Below, piece by piece: positions 10,925 through 21,909 of a DNA stretch of 64,000 nt. This stretch comes from an uncultured Methanosarcinaceae archaeon. GTDB taxonomy: Archaea; Halobacteriota; Methanosarcinia; Methanosarcinales; Methanosarcinaceae. The translations under genes and the position numbers were made by a program. The DNA is taken from contig CAWHXP010000015.1 in assembly GCA_963833425.1 (NCBI GenBank), positions 96,001-160,000 of the forward strand. The letters are read 5' to 3'. The notes beneath the pieces are model-generated. The model had not been told where the DNA came from. It saw only the letters and a program-made list of their open reading frames with translations, and searched no databases. Numbering within the stretch: position 1 is the first letter of the stretch; every line of letters starts with the position of its first letter.

Positions 10925-11381
10925 AAAAGGACCTTTGCTATTTTGAGTGAAGAATTTATAATCACTTTTTAGTTATGGCACAACGCGTGTAATTTATGAA
11001 AACGTCTTGTGAAAATCACATGCAATATTGATATACATAGTTTTTGTAGTAAAATCTATGCAGTAATTAAATAAGAAAAACAGAAGTTTTGTCAGTATAA
11101 GCAGTAACTTTTCATCCTATTATATTTTACAAAACTTTGGGTACGCTGTCAACCGAAGCATAGTAATGAGATTATTAACAAATTCCCAATCTAATTTTTA
11201 TTCAGCGAGTTGGTACTTGATAACAGCTATGCTGGTATTACCCTATATGGATAGGTGGATTGCATGACGAATTCCAAGTATGAGCTAACTACTTTGCGTC
11301 TGGTTTTAGCAACGTTGGTATTACCCCCAATAGAAGTTTATGTTCCTAAAAAAGCTAAATTAAGGCTTCAATGAATTAAAT

Positions 11382-11805
11382 TCAAGATAAGATTAAAGTT
11401 TCTTCAGGAGTTACTGCCTCAATATTTTCTATGCGAAAGAAATGTTTTTTGTTTTTGGTTACTACTCTATTTATGCCCAGAGAAAGGGCTGTTGCTGCAA
11501 TCAGACAGTCATTTAACTCAATTCTCTTTCCACTTCTTACGAGGTCTGCATAAATTTTCCCCGTATCTATTGCTATCCTCGAATCAAGATTTATTACTTA
11601 TACAATATTAAGTAGTTCAAGTGTCCTTTCAAGGGCATCCGGGGATTTTGAAAGGTGCGCTCCGACACTCAGTTCGGCAGCTGTAATTGATGAAGTGTAG
11701 CCCGAATATTCATCTCCCAGGCGTTCTAGAAAATTTATGGAGGAAGGAATGACCATCTTTTCGGAGGCAGTCTACAAATATCGATGTGTCCACAAAAAAC
11801 TTCAT
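11382..11805 (-). pseudogene. vapC: VapC/PIN-domain toxin pseudogene
   Basis: MKFFVDTSIFVD, frameshift, then SSITAAELSVG...LNIV*VINLD...LNDCLIAATAL...VTKNKKHF. Confidence 0.85.
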
Positions 11806-12013
11806 TCTACCCAATCCAGACGTGAAGATTTCCGCAGCCGATCAACAAACTCTTCGCTCTCGACATCGTAACCCCAAGCCCACAAGCCGACTCTACAAGT
11901 TCCTTTGAGCTTCGTCTTTCTTTTTTTCGAACCATGTTGAGGATGGAATGAATTTCCCGATCGAGTTCAATAAGTCTCTTTTCGATGTCTCCTGTCGATT
12001 CCATAAACATCAA
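11802..12013 (-). pseudogene. Cognate antitoxin of the PIN toxin, frameshifted
   Basis: After ...LVESACG the alternative frame reads WGYDVESEEFVDRLRKSSRLDWVE*, and its TGA overlaps the toxin ATG (ATGA). Confidence 0.7.
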
Positions 12014-12413
12014 TTAGTCTTAATGCCGTATAACTTTATCTTGAAGGCAGAAGTATCTTTTCTAAAGCCTTAGAAGTCCACGCCAGAATATCTTATCAGG
12101 CCTGCAAATGGTCAAATCAGGACCCAGGGCTCTAGATCCGGGAGAGGGCCTTCAAGAACTTGCAGGATATTCTGATTATTCCAAGGAAATAATTATAGTT
12201 ATTTACACAAAAAAACAATATCCAAAGGAATTATCCAAAATAACCTATGTGTTTCTCATATCATTTTTGTGTTTACTGGGCATTTAATCGATAGAAACTT
12301 GGATATTCCTATATGTAATGAAATGATCCAGTTAACAAAAACATAGGTAGAAAAGAAGAACTCTCAGTTGGGATTTTAACGAAAAAAATGATTAACTGGA
12401 TTTTGTAGTCACA

Positions 12414-12668
12414 TTGATGCAGAGATTTTGCTATAAAACATATGAGGCTCTAGACGCATATGACCAGGCAATTGAAATTGATCCCAATAATTCATTAGCT
12501 TGGTACGATCGCGCATGTATTTATTCTCTTAGAAATAACAAGGATCAATCAATCCTTAATCTAAAGAAAGCTATTGAGCTTTATTCAGCGTATAAAGAAA
12601 AAGCAAAGAACAGCGACGACTTTAAAGGACTATGGAAAGACAAACAATTTAAACAATTTATTAAATAA
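12414..12668 (+). pseudogene. C-terminal TPR fragment
   Basis: YDQAIEIDPNNSLAWYDRACIYSL...LKKAIEL...AKNSDDFKGL is a typical TPR tail; no convincing N-terminus. Confidence 0.65.
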
Positions 12669-12897
12669 AATTTAATGTTTATATGATGTCTTTGAATCAT
12701 GATCAAATTTTGAAAATCTTTAGTATTAACATAACATATTACATATTTTTATTTTTTAAAAATATATATTATTTCTATTTAAATATTTCTTTGTGAAATT
12801 ATAAAATAAAAAATTATAAATAAAATAATTATGTAAATAGATTGACACTATTTTTGAATATATTAATTAGTATATTATTAATACAAATTTATTAATA

Positions 12898-13046
12898 GGT
12901 TCCGTTGCAAAAATAATTTTACTGCCTTTTTAGGCCATAATTAATGCTTTTTGTATCATTATTGACCTGTTTTTGGTACATCAATATCCCATTTGTGATG
13001 TTTTTCACTGGTTTTGTAAAATAGCCAGATTTTTTGCAACGGAACC
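12898..13046. mobile_element. 149-bp MITE with IS6-type inverted repeats
   Basis: GGTTCCGTTGCAAAAA ... TTTTTGCAACGGAACC with no transposase between them. Confidence 0.85.
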
Positions 13047-13350
13047 GGTTTCATCAACTCTCCACGAATAGTTTGTTAGCCTTAAATGTCTTCTTATCTT
13101 CTTTTCTATTTCAGGTGAATATTGATGTACCCATCTCATGATTGTTGTATGGTAGACTTTTACTCCCCTTTCTGCCATCATTTCCTTTAAATTTCTATAA
13201 CTTAATGGATATTTTAAGTACCATCTTACATTTAATAGGATAATTTCCCCTTCATAATGCTTCCATTTAAAGGAATTAGATAGCATGTTACTATCTTTGA
13301 TTTTCTTTTTATTCTATTGTATCAGTAGAAAGGATTTTTTGCAACGGAAC
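13047..13350 (-). mobile_element. 3'-truncated IS6 copy (left end plus transposase N-terminus)
   Basis: MLSNSFKWKHYEG...WRVDET, cut off by the adjacent MITE; terminal TTTTTTGCAACGGAAC at 13350. Confidence 0.9.
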
Positions 13351-13544
13351 AAAAAAAACCATATCCTTTTTTCCAAAAAAAGATCCGGAATCATAAACTT
13401 CAATTTTAACTGGTTCTACGATAAAAATGTATTCTAAACTTTTATATCCAAGTTTTGACTTTTCGGAAGAGAACTTAAATGGAGAATTTTACTTTAATGC
13501 TCAATTTTTTTCTTCCGGTCACTAAGATTCTTTTGGGTTTCATT

Positions 13545-14240
13545 TTAATCCATAATCCAGGTTCCATAGGATATCGGAGATTTTTTGATCACCTCTTCAT
13601 CGAGAACTTCTCCAAGCATGGCAGGGTCCCGAGCATCCATAACAAGTGCATCGAGCTTGCAGCGTTCTAGAATCTTTGCGGCTACAGGATCTACAGGAGA
13701 CTTGGAGCCTGCTTTCATTTCGATTGTCATAACTATATTTATGAGTTTTTTAGGAGAAATTTTATCGTATTTTACCGCAGTTGGATCACAGTTTGGATCT
13801 GAGGAATAAATCCCGTCAATAGAAGTTGCAATTGTGAGCAGATCTGCCCGCAAGTACTCTGCAAGGATTGCAGCAACAGCATCTGTGGTTTGGCCAGGAG
13901 TAACTCCCCCCATGACCACTACTTTCCCTGAATGCATAGCCTCTGCAGCTTCAATATAGCTTGTTGGGATCTTCGGATAGGCATCTGATCCGATAGCTGC
14001 AATAAGCAGCCGTGCGTTTAGACGAGTAATCTCAATGCCTATATAGTCACAGGTTACTTCATCGGCCCCCATAATCCGCGCAGCATTAATGTAACTCCTG
14101 GCTGCTTCTCCGCCACCCGTTATTACTATTATATTATGTTTTTTTGAGAGGTTTCGGAGAATTACTGCGTATTCTAAATAATGATTCGCATCAAGGTTGT
14201 TTGCGAGAATTGAACCGCCTAATGAGAGTACAATAAGCAT
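13545..14240 (-). CDS. pyrH: Uridylate kinase (archaeal type)
   Basis: VLSLGGS, VITGGG, GGVTPGQTTDAVAA and DGIYSSDP motifs. Confidence 0.95.
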   Translation of the reverse strand: MLIVLSLGGSILANNLDANHYLEYAVILRNLSKKHNIIVITGGGEAARSYINAARIMGADEVTCDYIGIEITRLNARLLIAAIGSDAYPKIPTSYIEAAEAMHSGKVVVMGGVTPGQTTDAVAAILAEYLRADLLTIATSIDGIYSSDPNCDPTAVKYDKISPKKLINIVMTIEMKAGSKSPVDPVAAKILERCKLDALVMDARDPAMLGEVLDEEVIKKSPISYGTWIMD

Positions 14241-14425
14241 GATGATATCTACACATAATTCTGATTTTTAAATGTATCGCTAGACGTTTTTTCTTAAGTC
14301 ACCAAAAATCCCATATAAAGAGAAAACCTAAAGATCCCCAAAATGATAAATAATTTCTCAAGGCAGATATTGTTTAATTTGACTATTGCCTGAAGCAGGT
14401 AAATCTTTTAGATGCGGGGTTGTAC

Positions 14426-15241
14426 ATGGATCTTACTGACATACTAAAGGCTGTTAAAGAAGGGAAAATGGACATTAAGACTGCAGAACAGCAGACCCGT
14501 GGTCTGGGTTTTGTCTCGTATGCAGACATTGCAAAACTTGATTCCCATCGAAAAAACAGGACAGGAATAGGAGAAGCTATCCTTGCCGACTGCAAGGAAC
14601 CTAAGGACTTAGTGGAGATCGCAAGAGTCATGGTTGTAGAAAGTAGAAGAGCCCTTATTACCCGTGTTTCTGCAAGGCATCTGGAAGCTTTAAGGGCAGC
14701 ATTTAGTCAGGATAACATTGAGTGGAATAGTCGAGCTCGTACAGTTGTTATCCATGACGGTACTCCCGCCCCTAAAACAGGTGGAGTTATAGGAGTGATA
14801 TCAGCAGGCACAGCAGACATCCCAGTTGCGGAAGAGGCACGAGTCGTTGCCTCAGAGATGGGCTGCGAAACTATCACTGTATATGATGTAGGAATTGCAG
14901 GAATTCACAGACTCATTCCTGAGATCCAGAAACTGAAAGCCATGATGTTAGGAGCAATCGTTGTTGCAGCTGGAAGGGAGGGGACACTCCCCACAATAAT
15001 TTCAGGACTTATTGATGTACCTGTGATTGGGCTTCCGGTATCTATAGGTTATGGGGCTGGAGGTGAGGGAAAAGCTGCCCTGCTGGCAATGCTCCAATCC
15101 TGCTCTACCATTGCAGTAGTGAATATTGACGCAGGTTTTGTTGCAGGAGCTTACGCAGCTAGAATCGCAAACATGGTTGCAGCTGCTGGTAAACGAGAAA
15201 AAAGGAAAAAACAGAAAAAGAATGCAGTTAATAGCGGATGA
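14426..15241 (+). CDS. larB: Nickel-pincer cofactor biosynthesis protein LarB (PurE-like)
   Basis: SAGTADIPVAEEA, DVGIAGIHRL, AGREGTLP, PVSIGYG and VVNIDAGF motifs. Confidence 0.92.
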   Translation: MDLTDILKAVKEGKMDIKTAEQQTRGLGFVSYADIAKLDSHRKNRTGIGEAILADCKEPKDLVEIARVMVVESRRALITRVSARHLEALRAAFSQDNIEWNSRARTVVIHDGTPAPKTGGVIGVISAGTADIPVAEEARVVASEMGCETITVYDVGIAGIHRLIPEIQKLKAMMLGAIVVAAGREGTLPTIISGLIDVPVIGLPVSIGYGAGGEGKAALLAMLQSCSTIAVVNIDAGFVAGAYAARIANMVAAAGKREKRKKQKKNAVNSG

Positions 15242-15271
15242 ATTGAAACCAAAATTCAGGAAGTAGTATTT

Positions 15272-16462
15272 ATGAAATCACTTGTATTCAATCCTTATTC
15301 AGGGGCATCAGGAGACATGATCCTGGGGTGCGCTATCGATCTCGGGGCTGACAGAAAAATGGTCAAAGAACTGATCGAAGCTTCCATACCAGTATCTTTA
15401 GATATTAGAGAAGTCATAAAAAATGGAATAAAAGCTCTAGACGTCCGGATAAATGTACCTGAAAAAGAGTCCGTTCGCACATATCCAGAACTCATGGATA
15501 CCGTAAAGGCTGCGAAATTGCCCTTTCTGGTGGAGACAAGCACTATGGATATCTTTTTGAGAATGGCAGAAGCTGAAGCTTCAGTTCACGGACAGCCTGA
15601 CCTTGAGAAGCACCATTTCCATGAGATGGGACAGAGTGATGCCCTTGCCGATGTAATCGGTTCTTCGGTAGCTATCCATGCCCTTAACTGTGATTCTATT
15701 TATTGCACCCCTATCAACGTTGGCAGCGGAACGACGGAATGTGCACACGGGACCCTACCTGTGCCAGCCCCCGCTACCCTTGAACTTCTAAGAAGAGGAA
15801 AACTTTATTTCAGAGGAGGTAGTGAAAAAAAGGAACTTCTTACTCCAACAGGTGCTGCTATCCTATCCCATTTTGCAATGCCTGTTGAAGCTTTTCCTCA
15901 GGGCAGGGTGATTTTAATAGGCTATGGGGCTGGGGATTCCGATTTAGGTGGTCCCAATGTGCTCCAAGGAGTGCTATCTGAACTTGATTCCTGCTTGATC
16001 CCGGATGTAATTGAGATGCTCGAAACCAATGCTGATGATGTGAGCGGAGAAATCCTGGGTAACTTATTCGAGGAATTGCTCGAGATGGGGGCAAAAGATG
16101 TTGTGATTATTCCGGCGACCATGAAAAAGGGCCGGCCTGCTCATGTTATCAAGGTTATTGCAAAGCCTGAAGACACTGCAAAAATTGCCAGAAAAATAAT
16201 TATCGAAACAGGTTCTCTGGGAATAAGGGTCGTTCCCACAAGGCATAGGCTCATAGCTGCCCGAAAAACTGAAATCATTAAATTTGAGGTTGAAGGGCAA
16301 TTATATGAAGCTGCTGTCAAGATTGCCAGGGACTCGGAGGGGATTCTACTCAATATCTCTGCTGAGTTTGAGGACTGTAAGAAAATCGCGAAAACTAGTA
16401 GTGTTCCTATAAAAGAGGTAATCAGAAAGGCAGAGGAGGTCGCAAGGAATCTTTTTTCCTAA
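15272..16462 (+). CDS. larC: Nickel insertion protein LarC
   Basis: SGASGDM, HFHEMG, AHGTLPVPAPAT, TPTGAA, ETNADD and MKKGRP motifs. Confidence 0.93.
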   Translation: MKSLVFNPYSGASGDMILGCAIDLGADRKMVKELIEASIPVSLDIREVIKNGIKALDVRINVPEKESVRTYPELMDTVKAAKLPFLVETSTMDIFLRMAEAEASVHGQPDLEKHHFHEMGQSDALADVIGSSVAIHALNCDSIYCTPINVGSGTTECAHGTLPVPAPATLELLRRGKLYFRGGSEKKELLTPTGAAILSHFAMPVEAFPQGRVILIGYGAGDSDLGGPNVLQGVLSELDSCLIPDVIEMLETNADDVSGEILGNLFEELLEMGAKDVVIIPATMKKGRPAHVIKVIAKPEDTAKIARKIIIETGSLGIRVVPTRHRLIAARKTEIIKFEVEGQLYEAAVKIARDSEGILLNISAEFEDCKKIAKTSSVPIKEVIRKAEEVARNLFS

Positions 16463-16608
16463 AATTATTGAGACGTAATAAACAAAAAATTGTGCTCTTT
16501 GATATCAGAAAATTCCGGATAATTGAAAAAAATTCAAGAAAAGTAAAGTGGAAAAGTAAAAATTTAGATATTTAGGGTTTTAACTTCTTATTTTTCTCTA
16601 TATAAGGT

Positions 16609-17637
16609 TCAGAGTTTGCCCATAGAATGAAGTAGTTCTGCATTTAGGACACTTGCCCCTGCAGCTCCACGGATGGTATTATGTCCCATTGCAATGTAGC
16701 GGATTCCTTCTCTTATCCGACCTACTGACACACTCATACCTTTTCCCATATTGCGGTCAAGGCGCGGCTGAGGTCTGTCTATTTCATCTCTTACGATGAT
16801 AACTTTTTTGGGTTCGGAAGGGAGTTCTCCCATTTTAGGGTCGAATTTCAGGAAAGCTTCCCTTACTTCTTCAGGCGCTGGTTTGCCCATCATCCCAGCC
16901 CATATAGCTTCTGTATGCCCATCGACAACTGGAACTCTGTGGCATGAAGCACTTACTCTTATCTCTGCAGGCACTACTTCAGAGCCATTAAACTCACCGA
17001 GGAGTTTCAATGTTTCGGTCTCCATTTTTTGTTCTTCGCTCCCGATGTAGGGAATTACGTTATCGTATATTGACATTGCCGCAACTCCGAAAAAACCAGC
17101 CCCTGATATTGCTTGCATTGTAGCTACATGTATGGTCTCAAGTCCAAATTGCATCAGAGGTTTTAATGTCAAAGACATGACGATAGTAGAGCAATTGGGA
17201 TTTGTGATAATATATCCATCCCATCCCCTTGTATCCTGCTGAACTTCTAGAAGCCCCAGATGTTCTGGATTTACCTCGGGAATCACAAGAGGAAAATCCG
17301 TTTCCATCCTGAAAGATGATGCATTGCTTGCCACCGCAAATCCGGCTTTTGCAAACTCTGGCTCGACTGTGAAAGCAAGATCCGCAGGAAGGGCAGAAAA
17401 AACCACATCCGCATTTACAGCTTTTGGGTCTACAGGAGAAACTTCAATATTTTCAACGCTTTCAGGCATAGCTGTATCTAATTTCCAGCCCACAGCTTCT
17501 TTGTATTTTTTGCCGGCGCTCCTTTCTGACGCTGCAAGGGCTGTAATTTCAAACCATGGATGATTTGCCAGTGCTTCCACAAATCTCTGCCCAACAGCGC
17601 CTGTAGCGCCTAAAATACCCGCTTTAATTGCCACCAT
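16609..17637 (-). CDS. asd: Aspartate-semialdehyde dehydrogenase
   Basis: [21 protein letters not shown] and HNTIRGAAG motifs. Confidence 0.96.
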   Translation of the reverse strand: MVAIKAGILGATGAVGQRFVEALANHPWFEITALAASERSAGKKYKEAVGWKLDTAMPESVENIEVSPVDPKAVNADVVFSALPADLAFTVEPEFAKAGFAVASNASSFRMETDFPLVIPEVNPEHLGLLEVQQDTRGWDGYIITNPNCSTIVMSLTLKPLMQFGLETIHVATMQAISGAGFFGVAAMSIYDNVIPYIGSEEQKMETETLKLLGEFNGSEVVPAEIRVSASCHRVPVVDGHTEAIWAGMMGKPAPEEVREAFLKFDPKMGELPSEPKKVIIVRDEIDRPQPRLDRNMGKGMSVSVGRIREGIRYIAMGHNTIRGAAGASVLNAELLHSMGKL

Positions 17638-17728
17638 CTCAAAGCTCCCTCCAACGAGAGAAGAAATTATCTGATAAAAGAGAAAAAGAAAAAATTGGAT
17701 AAAAAATTATTCCAAGTTAATTGTCATT

Positions 17729-17911
17729 TTACTCTTCTACTTTGATTGCTTGGCTCGGACATGCCTCTTCGCATGCACCACACTCTACACACTCATCCTG
17801 GTTGACAACCGCACAACCTTTTTCTTCATCAATGGTAATTGCTTCAGAGGGACACTCATCGACGCAGCTTCCACACCCAGAACATTCATCTGCATTAACT
17901 ATCGCTGGCAT
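17729..17911 (-). CDS. 2[4Fe-4S] ferredoxin
   Basis: [12 protein letters not shown] and [15 protein letters not shown] at 17911 follows a GGAGAG RBS-like motif. Confidence 0.92.
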   Translation of the reverse strand: MPAIVNADECSGCGSCVDECPSEAITIDEEKGCAVVNQDECVECGACEEACPSQAIKVEE

Positions 17912-18313
17912 ATTTTTTTCACTCTCCTTATTATTACTCGATATGTCCCTGGAAATCAGATATGCCGTTTTTGAAACTTCCATAGAATATCGAAAAGTTT
18001 GGTCATAACGCCATTGATCGATTAACATAAAAACTTATCGCTTTTTAGCAAAAGGCACCTTTAAAATCAGGATGTGGGTCAGGCATACACAATCTATATT
18101 TAATCATACTATATATATAGACCAGAAGAGAAATTAAAAATATTTACTCAACATATAGAGTTGTGCATAACAATTCCAGAATCCTTAAACGAGTAAATTC
18201 CATTTTCTAATTTCACTAATCCGTCTTTGAGCAGAAAATCAATATGGACTTAAAGAAGAAATCGTTTAATTCAGACTATTCCTTCACTTTTCCACATCTT
18301 TTTTGATGATTTA

Positions 18314-18403
18314 AGAGGATTTTGAGAAACCACTAAATTTAGTCATAAGCATATAAATATCATATAAATGACTTGTGAAAATCAAAGGTTTATCGAAATC
18401 TTT
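18314..18403. mobile_element. ~90-bp MITE (IS5-end family)
   Basis: agaggattttgagaaaccactaaattt ... aaaggtttatcgaaatctt. Confidence 0.65.
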
Positions 18404-18899
18404 TTAAATGGAATTTTTCCAAAGTTCTGGAGAGACTAACTTTAATCATTCTCCATCAACTAAGTCATAACTCTTAATTCACTTTAAGTACAGGTAATTC
18501 TAATATTTAATAATTTTACATTGTGAATTAACTTATTTTCGCATGTATAAAACCTATTTTCACTCAAATAATGAACACATTGATAATTTCTGCCTTTTCA
18601 TTTTTAATTTATCCATTTTAGTCTTAATTTTCAATACTTTCATTGATTTTACTTTAATATTTTTTTTCCCTAAAGCAAAATTGACACTTACCAGTAACAG
18701 TCGCAAGAATTCAATTTTTCTAATCAGAAAATTATTACGAATATTTCATTCTGCTCGCTCAACCAACTGGATATAAAGGAAATATCCATAATCTAAAAGA
18801 AATTTTTACGATAATTCATACACAAAATTACATAATACCTTATTTTATAGACTTAATTATTTGCGCATTTAGTCCTTTTATAGTGAAAAGAAACTGTTA

Positions 18900-18962
18900 G
18901 CTAATAACTTTTTACGGAGAAGTTTCCATCCCGTAGCAAGCTGCAGGGTATTAGACTGAAGC
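18900..18962. mobile_element. Isolated IS200/IS605 terminal hairpin
   Basis: taataactttttacggagaagtttccatcccgtagcaagctgcagggtatt; homologous to the degenerate end at ~23745-23810 beside a tnpA remnant. Confidence 0.55.
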
Positions 18963-19034
18963 ACGCTATTTCTTTTCGAACCATCCTCAAAAAGAATTAG
19001 TAAGATTCAAAACCTGAATTGTATTCTGGGATGG

Positions 19035-20207
19035 TTACCAAAGTTCCCCCTGCAAGATCGCCAGGGTTTTATCGCTTGTACTTTTGTTTATTTTTTTAAT
19101 CTTTATCAAATACTCCTCTTCGACAGCTTGAGGCTCTTCAAAAATTACATCGACCCCAAGTCTTTTAAGATAATCTTCGAAGTCTTTTACAGTTTTCAAG
19201 TCTCTTACCCGGATTTTTGCCTCTTCATATAGCCTCTGGCCATCCTTTACACCCCTAATTGATTCTCTCAATGGGCTCAGTATGCTTTCCCCTAACCTCA
19301 TACACCGTTTTTTGAACTCTTCCTCATTTTCTTTCCACTCTACTGTCTGAAAACCTTCTCTTACAATGCGGGAGAGCATAAAGTCTCTGCCAGTATCATT
19401 GTAAAATTTAAAGGCATGCCTGAGATCCGAGCAATTACTCTGGGAAGAAGTATATTTCAATGGAGAAAGAACCATTTCAGGGTCTTTTATTACGACACCT
19501 TCATGCTCTTTTTCCCCAAGTTCCATGATAATTTTTTCGATTTCTCTGGGGACATTTTCAATGAGAATTTCCCCAAAAAATCTTACCTGGAAAAAACCAT
19601 ATTTTTCCAGAAGTTTTTGTTTTTTGTGTATCGTAAGAGGCTTACCACTGTTTTTCTCCCGAATGTCGAATATATAAAACCCTACAGATTCGACATCATA
19701 AATATCTTTAGAGATATAAGGGTTATCAGGGCCTATCATTTCCCCGTAAAGTACAAGTTTCGGGAAATCGTCAAAAAAATTCAGATTCAATTTCTCTTTC
19801 GCTTTTTGGGTTGTATAAGGGCAGATATATCCACTCCGAGTAATTGCAATTATCTCCTCATTTGCAGTTGCTATTCGGACATTGTATCCATTCATTTTTT
19901 CTTCGAAGGCTATCTTCTCAAGTCCAATGAAGTGTCTTTTAATAGTAGGATCCAGTACCATAGCTCTCCGGATCTTTGGAAAGCCCATGATTATCTCGAA
20001 AGAATTGCCCTTCTCATAAAGAACTGTCCCTCTCTCGATATGGGAAATTTCCTTATCGAAACGTAGCAAGTGCTCGTATTTTCCCCAGTTCCAGGTAAGA
20101 TAATTTTTCTCAAAAAGGTTATGAATCTTCTCCTTATCAAATCCCAGGCAATCGGCAAGTCGAGCTACAAATTCAGGATCATTTTCCTCATTAACCTTTC
20201 TACTCAT
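19035..20207 (-). CDS. ATP-dependent RNA ligase, Pab1020/Rnl3 family
   Basis: GFPKIRR, motif I EEKMNGYN, GEMIGPDNPY, FDI, EGVVIK and LKY motifs. Confidence 0.92.
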   Translation of the reverse strand: MSRKVNEENDPEFVARLADCLGFDKEKIHNLFEKNYLTWNWGKYEHLLRFDKEISHIERGTVLYEKGNSFEIIMGFPKIRRAMVLDPTIKRHFIGLEKIAFEEKMNGYNVRIATANEEIIAITRSGYICPYTTQKAKEKLNLNFFDDFPKLVLYGEMIGPDNPYISKDIYDVESVGFYIFDIREKNSGKPLTIHKKQKLLEKYGFFQVRFFGEILIENVPREIEKIIMELGEKEHEGVVIKDPEMVLSPLKYTSSQSNCSDLRHAFKFYNDTGRDFMLSRIVREGFQTVEWKENEEEFKKRCMRLGESILSPLRESIRGVKDGQRLYEEAKIRVRDLKTVKDFEDYLKRLGVDVIFEEPQAVEEEYLIKIKKINKSTSDKTLAILQGELW

Positions 20208-20904
20208 ATCTAATTATCCATCTTCAGACCTGAAATAAGTTATCATTCACATATCAATTTGAATATAATTAATAATTATAATTAATACATAAATAATCCG
20301 GGAATTTTTTCGAATTGATTTCAAAATCCACACTTTAGTGCTCCGCCAAACTACTTCCTCAACTTTTACATCAGCCATTTACTCAAACACTTCACTACTA
20401 TCTTGACCCCAACTTTCATCTTAGCCATTATTCATTGAAGAATTCAAAAATATCGAATATGAACTTTTTTAATCTATGACCTTAGGTCCTTATTTGATAA
20501 TCGTAAAATATTTTTTTCTTAGATTACAATAATTTGTCCAGGAAAGATATCATCGCATAAAGTATCTAATATCAACATTTTGAGATTATGTTCTTGATTT
20601 AACAACATTCGTTATACGGTAGATGACTCGATAACAGATCCTTTTCTGCAAAATGTTACTGGCCTTTCTTGGAGACGGCTTAAATCCAAAAATCACAAAT
20701 TAAGATTCTCACATTCTTCAGATTCTTTTTTCTTTCAGATACTTGAAGTCACTAACAATATTCAAAAAAACGTGGAACTATTCACAACATATTTTTTATT
20801 GATATCTTATTCCCCTTGAGGTTCTGAATTATATTTTTTCCTGTCCTAACAACTGGAACTAATGTGGAATATTGTCATTTTACAAAAAATTCAATTTTTT
20901 TGTG

Positions 20905-21405
20905 GCGCAACCTGATGCAAGCAACAGGATATTTTCGTGCCACGCTCTGTATAAAAGGACTAATTCAAACTCAAATTTTTTCACTTGCTTAGATGATTCT
21001 TTTTCTTCCTGATTTCTCTGATTTTCAACATACTTTCTAATTAAATTGGGAGTTGTTCCATCTCCAAGCGTTCCAATGTATCCACAGTCAATCAATAGTT
21101 AGCTACAGAATAACTGTTTTTAATCCCAACAAATTCTTAAAAAAATTTCGATTTTGTAATACATTTTATAATTTGCATCACTGTTGAAGGATAATAATGA
21201 GGTTTATCACCAATGAAAAAATGTGATTATCATCATCAACATCAATTAAATAAAACTTAAAAAATACCTTTTACCAATTTTAGAGCATAACTATTTAAAA
21301 TAATTTATTATTCCATAGTCTAATTAGAAATTTTTACGACACCTAATGCAAAAAATTATGTGATCCTATAATATAAAAAAAGACGTTCACATGCAGCAGT
21401 TCCAT
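20905..21405 (-). pseudogene. tnpA: IS200-type tnpA remnant with terminal hairpin
   Basis: C-terminus GYIGTLGDGTTPNLIRKYVENQRNQEEKE; decayed N-terminal part near 21340-21400; cctgatgcaagcaacagg hairpin near 20910. Confidence 0.7.
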
Positions 21406-21428
21406 TTTATAGTCCAAAAGTAACTCAA

Positions 21429-21515
21429 AGAGGATTTCGATAAACCCCTAAATTTCACGGTGATATGTATTCTTTATAAGCATACGAAGAAATTTAGAAA
21501 ACATCGAAATCTTCT
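21429..21515. mobile_element. ~90-bp MITE (IS5-end family)
   Basis: agaggatttcgataaacccctaaatttc ... gaaatttagaaaacatcgaaatcttct. Confidence 0.75.
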
Positions 21516-21727
21516 TGAGGCTTTGTGAACAAAATTCTTGTTGACTGCTATACTCACAAATTTTCGGACTACGTTCAGACTTATATGAAGATAGGACATC
21601 ATGAGACGTTTTCACCGCATAAAAAGGTATATGGAAGTATCTTTTATTAGAAAGTAAAAATTCTTCAAGTACCGAATATATATATATTAAACAAAATTTT
21701 TAATAAGAGAAAAAAATCTAGAAAAAA

Positions 21728-21836
21728 GGTCGCGTCCGTGATTACCTAAAAACACAACTATAGGACTTTCACAATTTACTAAAACGTAGGAAGGGCGCTC
21801 ATTCTTAGAATTGATCAGCAACTTATAGACGCGACT
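21728..21836. mobile_element. ~110-bp MITE, second family
   Basis: Inverted ends ggtcgcgtcc ... tagacgcgact; interior similar to 55835-55948. Confidence 0.6.
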
Positions 21837-21909
21837 AAAAAAAATGGAATAAAACAAAACTAGATAAAAAACTAAAAATAAAAAGGAACTAAATTCCTGA
21901 AAAATCTTC

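Noticed and set aside
7500..12900. Integron-like cassette array
   Set aside because: I found no integrase and no repeated attC-type palindromes; only one 55-bp direct repeat, reported separately
17912..18028. N-terminal extension of the ferredoxin ORF (99-aa call)
   Set aside because: A good RBS and ATG at 17911 give a standard 60-aa ferredoxin
19416..20066. 216-aa plus-strand ORF
   Set aside because: Antisense shadow of the RNA ligase. The same applies to the many short ORFs opposite larBC, asd, htpX, rpa, the CBS genes, the methionine synthases and nrdD
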